From the NCBI GenBank assembly GCA_001778375.1, contig MFGV01000074.1, positions 9,651-73,650 on the forward strand: a stretch of 64,000 bases of DNA, read 5' to 3'. Source of the stretch: Candidatus Firestonebacteria bacterium RIFOXYD2_FULL_39_29 (lineage in GTDB: Bacteria > Oederibacteriota > D2-FULL-39-29). Within the stretch, counting starts at the first letter, position 1; each line of letters begins with the position of its first letter. The position numbers and the translations under genes are program-made. Under the pieces are notes generated by a model, which ran no database searches, was not told the origin of the DNA, and was given only the letters and a program-made list of their open reading frames with translations. Below, one piece after another: positions 28,674 to 37,392 of the stretch.

Positions 28674-30442
28674 TAGTACTCATCTCTGCAATTGCCTGTT
28701 TATTGTGCTTTTTGATATTATTTGTAAAGATTGTCAGGGAAATAAACGAATCTGAAATAATAATAAAAGCGATTATAGCCATATTTATACTGACCGTTTT
28801 CTATATCTTCTCCGGTTTTTTGCCTTATATAGCACTGGCGCCCCTGCTGCTTGTTCTTATAGCAGAAATAAAATTAAAACTGCCGTTTCATAAAATATTG
28901 TTTTCCCTTATCAAAGTATCTGTGTACTCTGTCGGTGTACTTGTCCCGTTTTTTGCCGTAACGGTCTTTTTGAAATGCTGGCACGGCAGATTTGACTATT
29001 CTATAAATCATTATATAACATATTCAAAGTTTCCTTCAGAGCTAATCGGGTTATTCGGAATGATATTTGCGGCGACAAAAGGAATACCCTGCATAATAGA
29101 GCTAATAAAGCAATTACGCACTATTCAGAACTTACCCACTTCTGCCATAGGTTCTGCTGCCTCCGGGCTGAATGAATTCAAAGGTATTATCAGGCCTGTG
29201 AATGAAATGCCGTTCAATGATAAAAAGGACTGTTTTCCGTTCTATCTTGAAGACGGGACGGGCAAGCTGCTTGTAGATCCGGAAAATGTAAAGAATTATC
29301 CGGGATTCTGGGATATAGTTTTTAACAGTAATATATCCGGGATACATCGCGGAGGTAAAAATAAATATTTCACACCGGGCACAGAAGCTTATCTGCTTGG
29401 TAATCTCAGAAAAGACGGTATTGCGGAAGATATGGTGATAAAACCCAAAGCGGAAAAACACAAGCGTTCGTTTATAGAGTGGGTTGTGTCGTCTGACCCG
29501 AAAAACGTTGATGATCCTGTATTCTGGCTCAGCACTGCAAAAGAAGAAAGCATAATAAGGCATATACGGTATTCAATATTTCTCAATATACTGCTCCTGT
29601 TACTATGGCTATTTATTTCTTTTGCACTTCAAACGACTGTTATCAGTAACGGTAACGGGAAGCTCTCCTGGAGTTACGACCTTTTCAAGGTGAAGGACCT
29701 CCTTCCTCAGTCGATGCTTGATAAGATATATTCAAAACCCCCTTCGTTAAATGTCCCTGAGAATAATTATAAGACCTGGACTTCTGACAGGGCCGGCACC
29801 CCGCCTATCATACGTCTTAATTTCAATGATAATATAAAGAATCTGGGGACCCTAAAGGTAACACCCGTGGAAAGATACGGTATTATCAAGTACCAGCCCG
29901 GGATAGAGGGTAAAGCGGGGTATTTTGACGGTACATACTATCTGGACCTATTCAGTGAAACTCCGGTCGATTTTGGAGGTTCCTTCACGATTGAGTTCTG
30001 GTTCAAGCCTGACAGGGCAAAAGCGTGGGACGATACTCTCACCAGGTATATCCTTCTTTCAAATTTTACCCCGGACTTTCTTTCGGCAAGCCTTGCTTTT
30101 CAGGGGCCGGTAAACAAAAAAATAGTTTCCCTGGTTACGGGTAACCTGAAGCACGGGACGGCACAGGAAATAAAAGAATGGTATAAGGTCACTGATAACC
30201 TGTATGAAATGAGGTGGTACCATTTCTTCGTATCTTACGACAGAAACAGGGATAAACTGGCATATTACCTGGATGGGAAAGCCTTGTGGCTTTCAGAGGG
30301 CGGGCAGCCGGCATTTAAAATTCCGGAGAGGATAGAAAATCTGAGTATCGGCCAGACGTATTCCTACAGTTCAAAACGCGATAATTTCAGGGGATGGGTG
30401 GACGAATTTTACTTTTATGATTATGCCAGACCGGTTGAGTGA
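28670..30442 (+). CDS. Large polytopic membrane protein with a C-terminal LamG/concanavalin-A-like lectin-fold domain (a GIDE-like LemA partner?)
   Basis: Several N-terminal TM helices are predicted. The C-terminal segment GYFDGTYYLDLFSETPVDFGGSFTIEFWFKP...WYHFFVSYDRNRDKLAYYLDGKAL...NFRGWVDEFYFYDY is typical of LamG-like jelly-roll domains. It overlaps the upstream LemA gene. Confidence 0.4.
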   Translation: MIVLISAIACLLCFLILFVKIVREINESEIIIKAIIAIFILTVFYIFSGFLPYIALAPLLLVLIAEIKLKLPFHKILFSLIKVSVYSVGVLVPFFAVTVFLKCWHGRFDYSINHYITYSKFPSELIGLFGMIFAATKGIPCIIELIKQLRTIQNLPTSAIGSAASGLNEFKGIIRPVNEMPFNDKKDCFPFYLEDGTGKLLVDPENVKNYPGFWDIVFNSNISGIHRGGKNKYFTPGTEAYLLGNLRKDGIAEDMVIKPKAEKHKRSFIEWVVSSDPKNVDDPVFWLSTAKEESIIRHIRYSIFLNILLLLLWLFISFALQTTVISNGNGKLSWSYDLFKVKDLLPQSMLDKIYSKPPSLNVPENNYKTWTSDRAGTPPIIRLNFNDNIKNLGTLKVTPVERYGIIKYQPGIEGKAGYFDGTYYLDLFSETPVDFGGSFTIEFWFKPDRAKAWDDTLTRYILLSNFTPDFLSASLAFQGPVNKKIVSLVTGNLKHGTAQEIKEWYKVTDNLYEMRWYHFFVSYDRNRDKLAYYLDGKALWLSEGGQPAFKIPERIENLSIGQTYSYSSKRDNFRGWVDEFYFYDYARPVE

Positions 30443-30473
30443 ATGCTTAACAAAATACGGGGAGGAACATTAA

Positions 30474-31019
30474 ATGAGCGATAAGCAATATAGCGAGAAT
30501 CAAACCAGGTTTACAAAATTTATAGCCATTGTTGCCGCAGTCATTGTTGTTTTCATTATATGGGGAGTAATTGTATTTCTCAATGAAAAAAAAGATGAGC
30601 AGCCGGTTGCGGTAAAGAAAAATGAAAGTATTGTAACGGAGCATGTCCACCGGGTTGAACCAAAAAAAGATATTAATGTTGCCGGCAATATAGAGAAAAT
30701 AAAGATCATTTCAAACGGGGAAGAAGTTGATATTAAAGAATATGTCGGGAACGGGTACGTGGTCATTATCGATTTTTACGCGGACTGGTGCGGTCCCTGC
30801 CTGGCATTGGCTCCTAAAATAGAAGAGCTGGTTAAAGAGAATGATGATGTGATTCTAAGAAAAGTAAATATTGTAAAATGGGGCAGTCCGGTGGCAAGGC
30901 AATACGGAATAAACTCCATACCGGATGTCAGGGTTTTTGACAAGAAGGGGAATATGATAGAAAGCCCTTCGGCTACATATTCCAGAATAGAGGGATACGT
31001 GAAGGCTGCTAAAAGATAA
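30474..31019 (+). CDS. Membrane-anchored thioredoxin-family protein
   Basis: N-terminal TM helix. WCGPC active site (FYADWCGPCLALAPKIEEL). Confidence 0.75.
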   Translation: MSDKQYSENQTRFTKFIAIVAAVIVVFIIWGVIVFLNEKKDEQPVAVKKNESIVTEHVHRVEPKKDINVAGNIEKIKIISNGEEVDIKEYVGNGYVVIIDFYADWCGPCLALAPKIEELVKENDDVILRKVNIVKWGSPVARQYGINSIPDVRVFDKKGNMIESPSATYSRIEGYVKAAKR

Positions 31020-31064
31020 ATAGATATCAGATAACATGGAGACAGGAGAGTCAACACTAATAAA

Positions 31065-31538
31065 ATGAAAAGAACAAAAATAGCCATAAAAAATCCCCGT
31101 ATAGGAAAAATTGCAGAGCTGGCGAAGAAAATTAATCATAAGACACTGGCAACGTGGGGACTTGATTGTGCCGAGCGCGTCCTGCCATATTTTGAGAGTA
31201 AATATACGAGAGACAAACGCCCTAAAGCTGCAATTGAAGCGGGACGGGAATGGGTAAGAACCGGCGTGTTTAGCATGGCCGTTATTCGTAAAGCGTCACT
31301 TGATTCTCACGCCGCGGCGCGGGATGTTATGGCTGATGATGTTGCGCGTTCAGCCGCACGTGCCGCAGGACAGGCAGTGGCTGCGGCGCATGTTCCCGCT
31401 CACGCCCTTGCCGCTGCAGCTTCCGCAGCTACAGTTATCCGCGACTCTGTTGATTCGGTTAAAGCAGATGCCGCCGTAACCAAAGAACGAGCATGGCAAT
31501 TAAAACATTTGATAAAAATTAGAAAAAGGAACAAATAG
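31065..31538 (+). CDS. Hypothetical Ala-rich alpha-helical protein (possibly an immunity-protein-like fold)
   Basis: An ORF with locally elevated GC and Ala-rich codons over 31290-31500. No confident family assignment. Confidence 0.3.
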   Translation: MKRTKIAIKNPRIGKIAELAKKINHKTLATWGLDCAERVLPYFESKYTRDKRPKAAIEAGREWVRTGVFSMAVIRKASLDSHAAARDVMADDVARSAARAAGQAVAAAHVPAHALAAAASAATVIRDSVDSVKADAAVTKERAWQLKHLIKIRKRNK

Positions 31539-31940
31539 AAAAATCCACGCCTGATAATTTTTGCAGAGGCTTCTTTTAATATAATATGGAATAATACGGA
31601 ATTGGCTTGACAATACATGGTTTTTAAATTATATTGTATTTATATGGTTGTAAGAATAATAATTTGAGGGTGCAGGCCTCAAATTTGATAAAGATAAATA
31701 AAGGGGAGTCCATTATTGTTGATTTGACCGTTGGAGCCTGTTTGACTCCGGCAAGTACTCTTTTGGGGTGCCGTGATACCGTGGTAACCTATAATAAACT
31801 CCCTATGGATTTAGGAAGCAGAATTTCACACAAAGTCTATGATGGTTTTGCTTTAACAGGCTTCAAGAAAACTACAGAATAGCCGGCGTGCTTTTTATGG
31901 AATTTTATAAGTAATATCTAATGTCTAGTGGAGGGTGGGT

Positions 31941-32084
31941 ATGAAAAAATTGAAGGTGGTTTTGTATCTGGCGGTGGTAGTTTTGCTTCTGCATGTGATG
32001 TTTGTTGTAGGGTGCGGCAGGAATCCGTTTGTCAGTGTGCTGGGCGGCGGCAATACTGTGAATGTCGGAGTGGGAAAGCTGTAA
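31941..32084 (+). CDS. Possible small lipoprotein (47 aa). It is absent from the ORF track because it is shorter than 60 aa.
   Basis: A GGAGG ribosome-binding site precedes the ATG. MKKLKVVLYLAVVVLLLHVMFVVGC is a lipoprotein-type signal with a lipobox (VVGC). Confidence 0.3.
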   Translation: MKKLKVVLYLAVVVLLLHVMFVVGCGRNPFVSVLGGGNTVNVGVGKL

Positions 32085-32194
32085 AGAATCAGGAAGGGAA
32101 GGGCAAGAAGGAAGAGAAGAAAAGGAAAGACAAATATTCAGTCCCTAGTTATGCGGGATCTGCCGGCGTACTCTGCCGGAAAAAGGAGTTTAAA

Positions 32195-33220
32195 ATGACA
32201 GACAAAATTCTAAAGATACTTAAAGCTGTAATTACCGTACAACTGGTAGTTATTGGCATTCTTTATACGGCGGGTAAATACAAGGCGGAGCCTCTATTTG
32301 CCTTGGCCTTTAAGGCGCATAGCGCGAGTTCTCCGGATAACTATATTATCCCGGTAACCCAGATAAGCCTGCAAAAAGAAGACGGTAATTTTGTGACTCT
32401 GTGGTCCGGTAATCAGGACGTAGACCTGGCAACTCTTTCGGGGCTTTCGGATTTCACTTCTTTCAACTGCAGCGTGCCGCCCGGAAAATACAAGAGAATT
32501 AATATTTTTTGCGGCCCGGCAAACGGTGTAAATATCAGAGTAAAAGGAACCGTAGTATCCGGTGCGACCACCTATTATACAAAAGCGAGCCATACCGGGC
32601 ATGCTACCGGCCCGGCGGAGATAGAAGAGTTCAGCTCCACTGCGCTAGTTGAAGGATATTATGCTCTTACTCAGGATTATTCCCCTGCGATCGAGATCGG
32701 AGGTTCCTCAACAGTTTCTGATATTGTAGCTCTCGTAGATATCTCAGATTCTCTGATTTATTATGACGGGAGCGGAACGGACCCCCTTGCAAAACCTTGG
32801 CTGCCGGCGAAGACGGCGGGTATGTATCTGCAAGGCTGCGGTTACGCCGTTACTTTGGGGATACCCGGGAGTAAAGAGATTTATGATTTTGATACCGGCG
32901 TATCCGCCGACAGAGGCAGGTTGACAATAGTCTATGACGGGACGGGTAATGTTATAGGTGCTAATGCCAGGTTGGTTCTTACAAATAGCAGTTTTGGCAA
33001 CAATTTGTTACCGACCACGGCTCCCGCTCAATGCATTTTCACCGATAACGGTAATGGGACCTATAATCTTCTAATCCGTTTCGGAAGCATGGGAACATTT
33101 GATGATTCAAATACCCTTACACTTCAGAATTTCTCAAAAGCCACTCATTCCGGCACCTACAGTAAGTTCTTTAATAACGCGACCACAACCGGTTCGTATA
33201 ACTGCACAAGGTTACCATAA
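32195..33220 (+). CDS. Membrane-anchored/secreted protein of unknown function
   Basis: A strong AAGGAG ribosome-binding site sits 6 nt upstream of the ATG at 32195. The N-terminal hydrophobic anchor is MTDKILKILKAVITVQLVVIGILYTAGK. The 31928 extension in the ORF track lacks a ribosome-binding site and reads through the small lipoprotein ORF. Confidence 0.5.
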   Translation: MTDKILKILKAVITVQLVVIGILYTAGKYKAEPLFALAFKAHSASSPDNYIIPVTQISLQKEDGNFVTLWSGNQDVDLATLSGLSDFTSFNCSVPPGKYKRINIFCGPANGVNIRVKGTVVSGATTYYTKASHTGHATGPAEIEEFSSTALVEGYYALTQDYSPAIEIGGSSTVSDIVALVDISDSLIYYDGSGTDPLAKPWLPAKTAGMYLQGCGYAVTLGIPGSKEIYDFDTGVSADRGRLTIVYDGTGNVIGANARLVLTNSSFGNNLLPTTAPAQCIFTDNGNGTYNLLIRFGSMGTFDDSNTLTLQNFSKATHSGTYSKFFNNATTTGSYNCTRLP

Positions 33221-33270
33221 AAAAAGAGAAAGTCAGATTTACCAATTAACGTATAGGGAGGCAATAGTCA

Positions 33271-33315
33271 GGGGATAGATAACGGGCTTTGCCGGTGTCT
33301 GTCCCCGTTTTATAT
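33271..33315 (+). terminator. Rho-independent terminator
   Basis: GGGGATAGATAACGG-gctttg-CCGGTGTCTGTCCCC forms a hairpin (with G-U wobbles) and is followed by GTTTTATAT. Confidence 0.5.
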
Positions 33316-33329
33316 AACAGGAAAAATAA

Positions 33330-34034
33330 TTGATAAATTCCGACTCCAAAATAATTGAAATAGACGGTATTTGTATTAATGTTATCCATAAGAACATCAG
33401 AAATATTCATTTGCGGGTACGGCCCCCGGGGTTGGTGACGGTTTCAGCTCCGCTTAGAATGGAGTCGGGAAAAATCAGAGAATTTTGTACCTCAAAGCTT
33501 GAGTGGATAAAAAAACATCATGAAAAGATGAAAGCTCTAAAATATGAGCCTGCCAAAGAATATACTAGCGGTGAAGTGCATTTTTACCTGGGGAAGAAGT
33601 ACAAACTGGAAGTGACTGAAGGCAACACCCGCCGTAAGGTGATTCTTGTCAATGATACCCTTCATATATATGTACACCGGGGAGAGGGAAAGAAAAACAG
33701 GAAAGATCTCCTGGAAAAATGGTATAAAGCACGGCTTAAGGAGCTTATTTTACCGCACATTTCGAGATTAGAAAGCGTAATGAATGTGAAAGTAGAAAAG
33801 TTAACTATCCGGACAATGAAATCAAGATGGGGAACATGCAATTATCGAGAAAGAAAGATATGTCTGAACACCGAGCTTGCAAAAAAACCTTTCGAAAGTA
33901 TTGAATATGTCCTTATCCATGAGCTGGCGCATTTACTGGAAAGAGGCCACCAGAAAGAGTTTAAAGCTGTCATGGACAAATTCGCCCCTGATTGGCGCTC
34001 CTTGCGTAAAGAGCTTAAAAAAGCTAAGCATTAA
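33330..34034 (+). CDS. YgjP/DUF45-family metal-dependent hydrolase (SprT/WLM-like)
   Basis: It has the HExxH motif in the canonical context (IEYVLIHELAHLLERGH) and matches the N-terminal DUF45 pattern. Confidence 0.7.
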   Translation: MINSDSKIIEIDGICINVIHKNIRNIHLRVRPPGLVTVSAPLRMESGKIREFCTSKLEWIKKHHEKMKALKYEPAKEYTSGEVHFYLGKKYKLEVTEGNTRRKVILVNDTLHIYVHRGEGKKNRKDLLEKWYKARLKELILPHISRLESVMNVKVEKLTIRTMKSRWGTCNYRERKICLNTELAKKPFESIEYVLIHELAHLLERGHQKEFKAVMDKFAPDWRSLRKELKKAKH

Positions 34035-34070
34035 CTTAAATTTAGTTGTAAGTGGAACTCCACGCCCTAT

Positions 34071-34215
34071 GGAGAGATTTTCAGATTTTAGTTCATTGGA
34101 ACCATCTCTTATCAGTGAAATCCTGTAGTTTTGCAATCTCATCGAAAGATCCGCCCTATATCACTGGCGGATCATCAAAAGATCCGCCTAATATCACTGG
34201 CGGAAGTGAAATTGC
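34071..34215. repeat. Most complete MITE/REP-like composite element: module 1, then two tandem copies of the hairpin module (GATCCGCC-CTATATCACT-GGCGGATC)
   Basis: Each hairpin is an 8-bp perfect inverted repeat with a 10-nt loop. Module 1 is near-identical to 27876-27960. This element generates the spurious ORFs 33877-34128, 34052-34327 and 33933-34142. Confidence 0.65.
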
Positions 34216-34219
34216 TTTT

Positions 34220-34654
34220 TCAAAAATTACCGTTTATGAATACCATAAAGGGGAAAGGGGCGCCGGTTCTGATTATGTTGATCAGGCCTATCTGAAAGCC
34301 ATGCATTGTGTCGGTCACATTAATTAAACCTATCTGAATGCCGACGAAGGATTGGGACTGGTTATATAGTCCCCACTGAATACCTGTAGCACTGTTGCTG
34401 ATATTTACAAGACCGAGTTGAATTCCTGACAGTCTGTCTGTGCCGCTGTAAAGCCAGGATACCTGAAAACCATTCACTTCCTGAACGCTGTCCGCGATCA
34501 AGCCTATGTCAATTCCTATCACTACATTATCCCCCGGGATACTGATACCCGGAAGCAATGAAAGCCTTAACGGGGTTGCTGCCGAAACCTCCTGACTCAT
34601 ACCGGACAGTGCAAATACCGCCAACAACAAAACAAAAGCTATTTTGCTTCTCAT
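34220..34654 (-). CDS. Secreted protein built from short GIQxGLxN-type repeats
   Basis: It has a signal peptide (MRSKIAFVLLLAVFALSGMSQEVSA). The units GIQLGLVN / GIQWGLYN / GIQIGLIN / GFQIGLIN repeat. The C-terminal residue is F. Confidence 0.45.
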   Translation of the reverse strand: MRSKIAFVLLLAVFALSGMSQEVSAATPLRLSLLPGISIPGDNVVIGIDIGLIADSVQEVNGFQVSWLYSGTDRLSGIQLGLVNISNSATGIQWGLYNQSQSFVGIQIGLINVTDTMHGFQIGLINIIRTGAPFPFMVFINGNF

Positions 34655-34682
34655 ATGTTTTTTCTCCTTGTTGTCCTGTTAA

Positions 34683-35216
34683 TTACTTTTTAGTGCCATA
34701 TAAAACCTTCAGTTGTTCTACGGTAGGGAATTCCTTGTATAACTCGCCTTGCGGCCCGGTAAAACCTTCCTTAACTTTTTTTATTATAACAGCCGTATAC
34801 CCTCCCTTTGAGTTGGGGATATTTATGGTATAAACATCTTTTTGTATTGTTACCTGAGCAGTTGCGATAGGTTCAGCAGGCTTTGGCGTAACCGGAATAA
34901 CTATTGAAGGGGCCTCGACTACTAAAAAGCCGTTGTTGTTGTACGTCTGGAAATATACATTATTGTAATAATAGTATTGATGACCTCTGACTATAACGGT
35001 GGTATAGCCTAAGGGTAGTGTGCGAACGATCGCGCCGATAGCAAGAGTGGGAACAATTGCATCAAACCAAAACCATCTCTGTCTATACCAGCTGCCTCTA
35101 GTATAATAATGTCTCCCGTTTCCGCGGCTAAAAGCAAAGATATCGGATGAATATAGTAATGCAAAAACAAGAAAAACACCCAGAACCACCCGGAATTTCA
35201 AAAATTTCTTTAACAT
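34683..35216 (-). CDS. Secreted protein of unknown function
   Basis: Signal peptide. A Tyr/Asn-rich segment (GHQYYYYNNVYFQTYNNNGF). Confidence 0.4.
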   Translation of the reverse strand: MLKKFLKFRVVLGVFLVFALLYSSDIFAFSRGNGRHYYTRGSWYRQRWFWFDAIVPTLAIGAIVRTLPLGYTTVIVRGHQYYYYNNVYFQTYNNNGFLVVEAPSIVIPVTPKPAEPIATAQVTIQKDVYTINIPNSKGGYTAVIIKKVKEGFTGPQGELYKEFPTVEQLKVLYGTKK

Positions 35217-35329
35217 GTTATCTCCTCCTTTGATGAATTCTTATATAATTAATATAAACTTATCAGCGATTTTTAGATATGTCGGATTTCGTCTTTTTAT
35301 TGACTGGAATCTGAGGGGAGGAAGGCGGA

Positions 35330-35400
35330 GGACAGAGGACGGAAGGCAGATGGATGCTTGGAGGTTTGCCCGCCAATCATATAGGGCGGATCTTTGGTAG
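35330..35400. repeat. Simple-sequence tract plus an inverted-orientation hairpin copy of the REP-like core (CCCGCCAATCATATAGGGCGGATC)
   Basis: Same core as 21061-21085. The simple repeats (GGAGGACAGAGGACGGAAGG, GGATGCTTGG) resemble those at 1269-1400 and 8880-8900. Confidence 0.4.
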
Positions 35401-35595
35401 AGATGGTTAGAGGCTTAGCGAAAGAATAAAAGCAAGATGGTTTACCAACCGAAGCTTTATGCGCAGGCTGGTTGGCTGGAGCGGGAGAGAAAGAAAAAGC
35501 TGAAAGTTCGGGGAGAAAAAAATATTAAAAAACAGTCAACCCCAAAAAACGAAGTAGAACTATTTAAACTAGAACTTAATAAAATCTTAGTGTTT

Positions 35596-35672
35596 ATTGT
35601 AGAATCAGTGGAATCCAATAGCTTTGCAATCTCATCAAAAGATCCGCCCTATATCACTGGTGGAAGCGGAAT
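35596..35672. repeat. MITE/REP-like repeat copy (AATCAGTGGAATCC...GCAATCTCATCAAAAGATCCGCCCTATATCACTGGTGGAAG)
   Basis: Same family as 15121-15185 and 34120-34210. It generates the spurious ORF 35437-35676. Confidence 0.6.
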
Positions 35673-35812
35673 CTAACTCGAAATCCCTCTAAACTTTAAT
35701 ATTATACAATCAAATAATGACATGCTTTCTACTTCGGATTTCGGGTCAACAATGGCTATTGCCAGACCACGATTAATCCCGTATAATCAGGTCGTATATG
35801 GGGGAAGTGTAA

Positions 35813-37132
35813 TTGCAGATAAAATTGAAAGTATTCAGGTTTGCGGGTATTGCGGCTCCGGTTCTGTTCAGCTTTTTTATATTGCTGGGCGGATATATAA
35901 ATCCGGATTATAGCTCATTTCGTGAGACAATAAGCACTCTTATTCAGAGAGGCGCGCCGAATAAAATGTTCCTTGATATCGGCATTATTATTAGTAACTC
36001 ATTACTTGCGCTTTTTGGGTACGGAATATTCAGGATAGGAAGGAATGAAGCGAATAAGTACAAGTTCATTTCAGGCCTTACACTTATAGCCGGAGGTATC
36101 GCAGGTATTCTAATCATTTTATTACCCAAGGACTTGGACAGCGTAAGCGCCATGAGTGTAACAGGTTATTTGCATCATATTATAGCCGCGTTCCTGACCA
36201 TTCTTGCCATGCTGAGCATTATTTTTTTCGAGTTCGGACAGTTCCGTAACCGGAAATTCAAAATATATTCAACTATTTCTCTGATCTTTATTCTCATCTC
36301 CGCGGTTGTCACAGTAATTTCGGGAATGTCAAAAGTTTCTCTTGTCGGGATGTTCGAGCGGATAACACTGATCCTGTACTTTCAATGGGTAATCGTAATG
36401 TCCGGTCTGGCGCTTAAACACAGCGTCAGTAAAAAGACCTCAAAAAAGATCTCAGAGCTTTCAAAGAAGATCATCGCTAAGACAGAGCAGAAGGTGCCGC
36501 GAAGGATGAAGATAGTCTATGCAGTCGCCGGGATCATCGCGCCGGTAATGTACAGCGGTTTTGTGCTGCTCGGCGGGTTTCTAAGACCTGATTACGCCCC
36601 GCTTTCCCATACGATAAGCACTCTGGTCCAGGCCGGCGCGCCAAATAGAATAATTCTCCGGGCCGGTTTTATTTTAAGTAACATCTGCCTCATTCTATTC
36701 GGATACGGGTTATTTGCTATAAGCAGGAACGTCAAAAAAAAATACAGGGCCTGGTCCGGTCTGTCCCTCATCGGAGCGGGGGTAACCGGGATACTGATAA
36801 TTATATTCCCCAAAGACCCGGAAAATATAAGGATGACCTTCTCCGGTTTTACCCATCATTTTTTTATTGCGATACTGGCGGTCTTTACCATAATCAGCAC
36901 GCTGTTCTTTGAGTTCGGCGAGGATCATAACAGAAAGCTCAGGGCCTACTCGAAAATATCTCTCTTCTTCATATTGGGCTTCGCTCTCATTACCGTAATT
37001 GCAGGGCTTTCCGGCTTTTATTACGCAGGGCTTTTTGAAAGGATATCAATAATAGCTTACCTTCAATGGGTTCTGGTAATAGCCGTTGTTTTCCTAAAAC
37101 AAAAGAGTCAGCACCATTTAACAAACCGGTGA
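35813..37132 (+). CDS. Polytopic membrane protein formed by a tandem internal duplication (possibly DUF998-like)
   Basis: Two homologous halves: ...FSFFILLGGYINPDYSSFRETISTLIQRGAPNKMFLDIGIIISNSLLALFGYGIF... and ...YSGFVLLGGFLRPDYAPLSHTISTLVQAGAPNRIILRAGFILSNICLILFGYGLF... Confidence 0.5.
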   Translation: MQIKLKVFRFAGIAAPVLFSFFILLGGYINPDYSSFRETISTLIQRGAPNKMFLDIGIIISNSLLALFGYGIFRIGRNEANKYKFISGLTLIAGGIAGILIILLPKDLDSVSAMSVTGYLHHIIAAFLTILAMLSIIFFEFGQFRNRKFKIYSTISLIFILISAVVTVISGMSKVSLVGMFERITLILYFQWVIVMSGLALKHSVSKKTSKKISELSKKIIAKTEQKVPRRMKIVYAVAGIIAPVMYSGFVLLGGFLRPDYAPLSHTISTLVQAGAPNRIILRAGFILSNICLILFGYGLFAISRNVKKKYRAWSGLSLIGAGVTGILIIIFPKDPENIRMTFSGFTHHFFIAILAVFTIISTLFFEFGEDHNRKLRAYSKISLFFILGFALITVIAGLSGFYYAGLFERISIIAYLQWVLVIAVVFLKQKSQHHLTNR

Positions 37133-37392
37133 AGCATTGTAATTATCTGTCCTGAAATAATCGAGCCGCAAAATGGAAATAATGGCCGTTGACCCCATTT
37201 TAGATATAACCCCATATGCTCAACAATTATACTGCTCTGAGATGAAACTACGAAAATTCTTTACAGCACCTCTAATAATATGTTGGCAGATAAAAGTCAA
37301 TTAACTGCGGGATTAGACAATTTAGGTGTTTTGAAAAATAGAATAAAATTATAAGTAATTATACAAATCGGAAATAGGATTATTAAAAATAT

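Noticed and set aside
31928-32194. N-terminal 89-aa Cys/Gly-rich extension of the 31928-33220 ORF
   Set aside because: It has no ribosome-binding site and overlaps a small ORF that does have one. A strong ribosome-binding site and a signal anchor are present at the internal ATG at 32195.
34052-34327. ORFs 34052-34327, 33877-34128, 33933-34142 (-) and 35437-35676, which encode ...SSKDPPYITGG... peptides
   Set aside because: They are translations of the MITE/REP-like repeat. The same DNA repeat yields the same peptide in unrelated places. None has a ribosome-binding site.
15028-35672. Possibility that the dispersed repeats are a CRISPR array
   Set aside because: The copies are not regularly spaced. 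They are separated by genes and are modular or heterogeneous. No cas genes are present.
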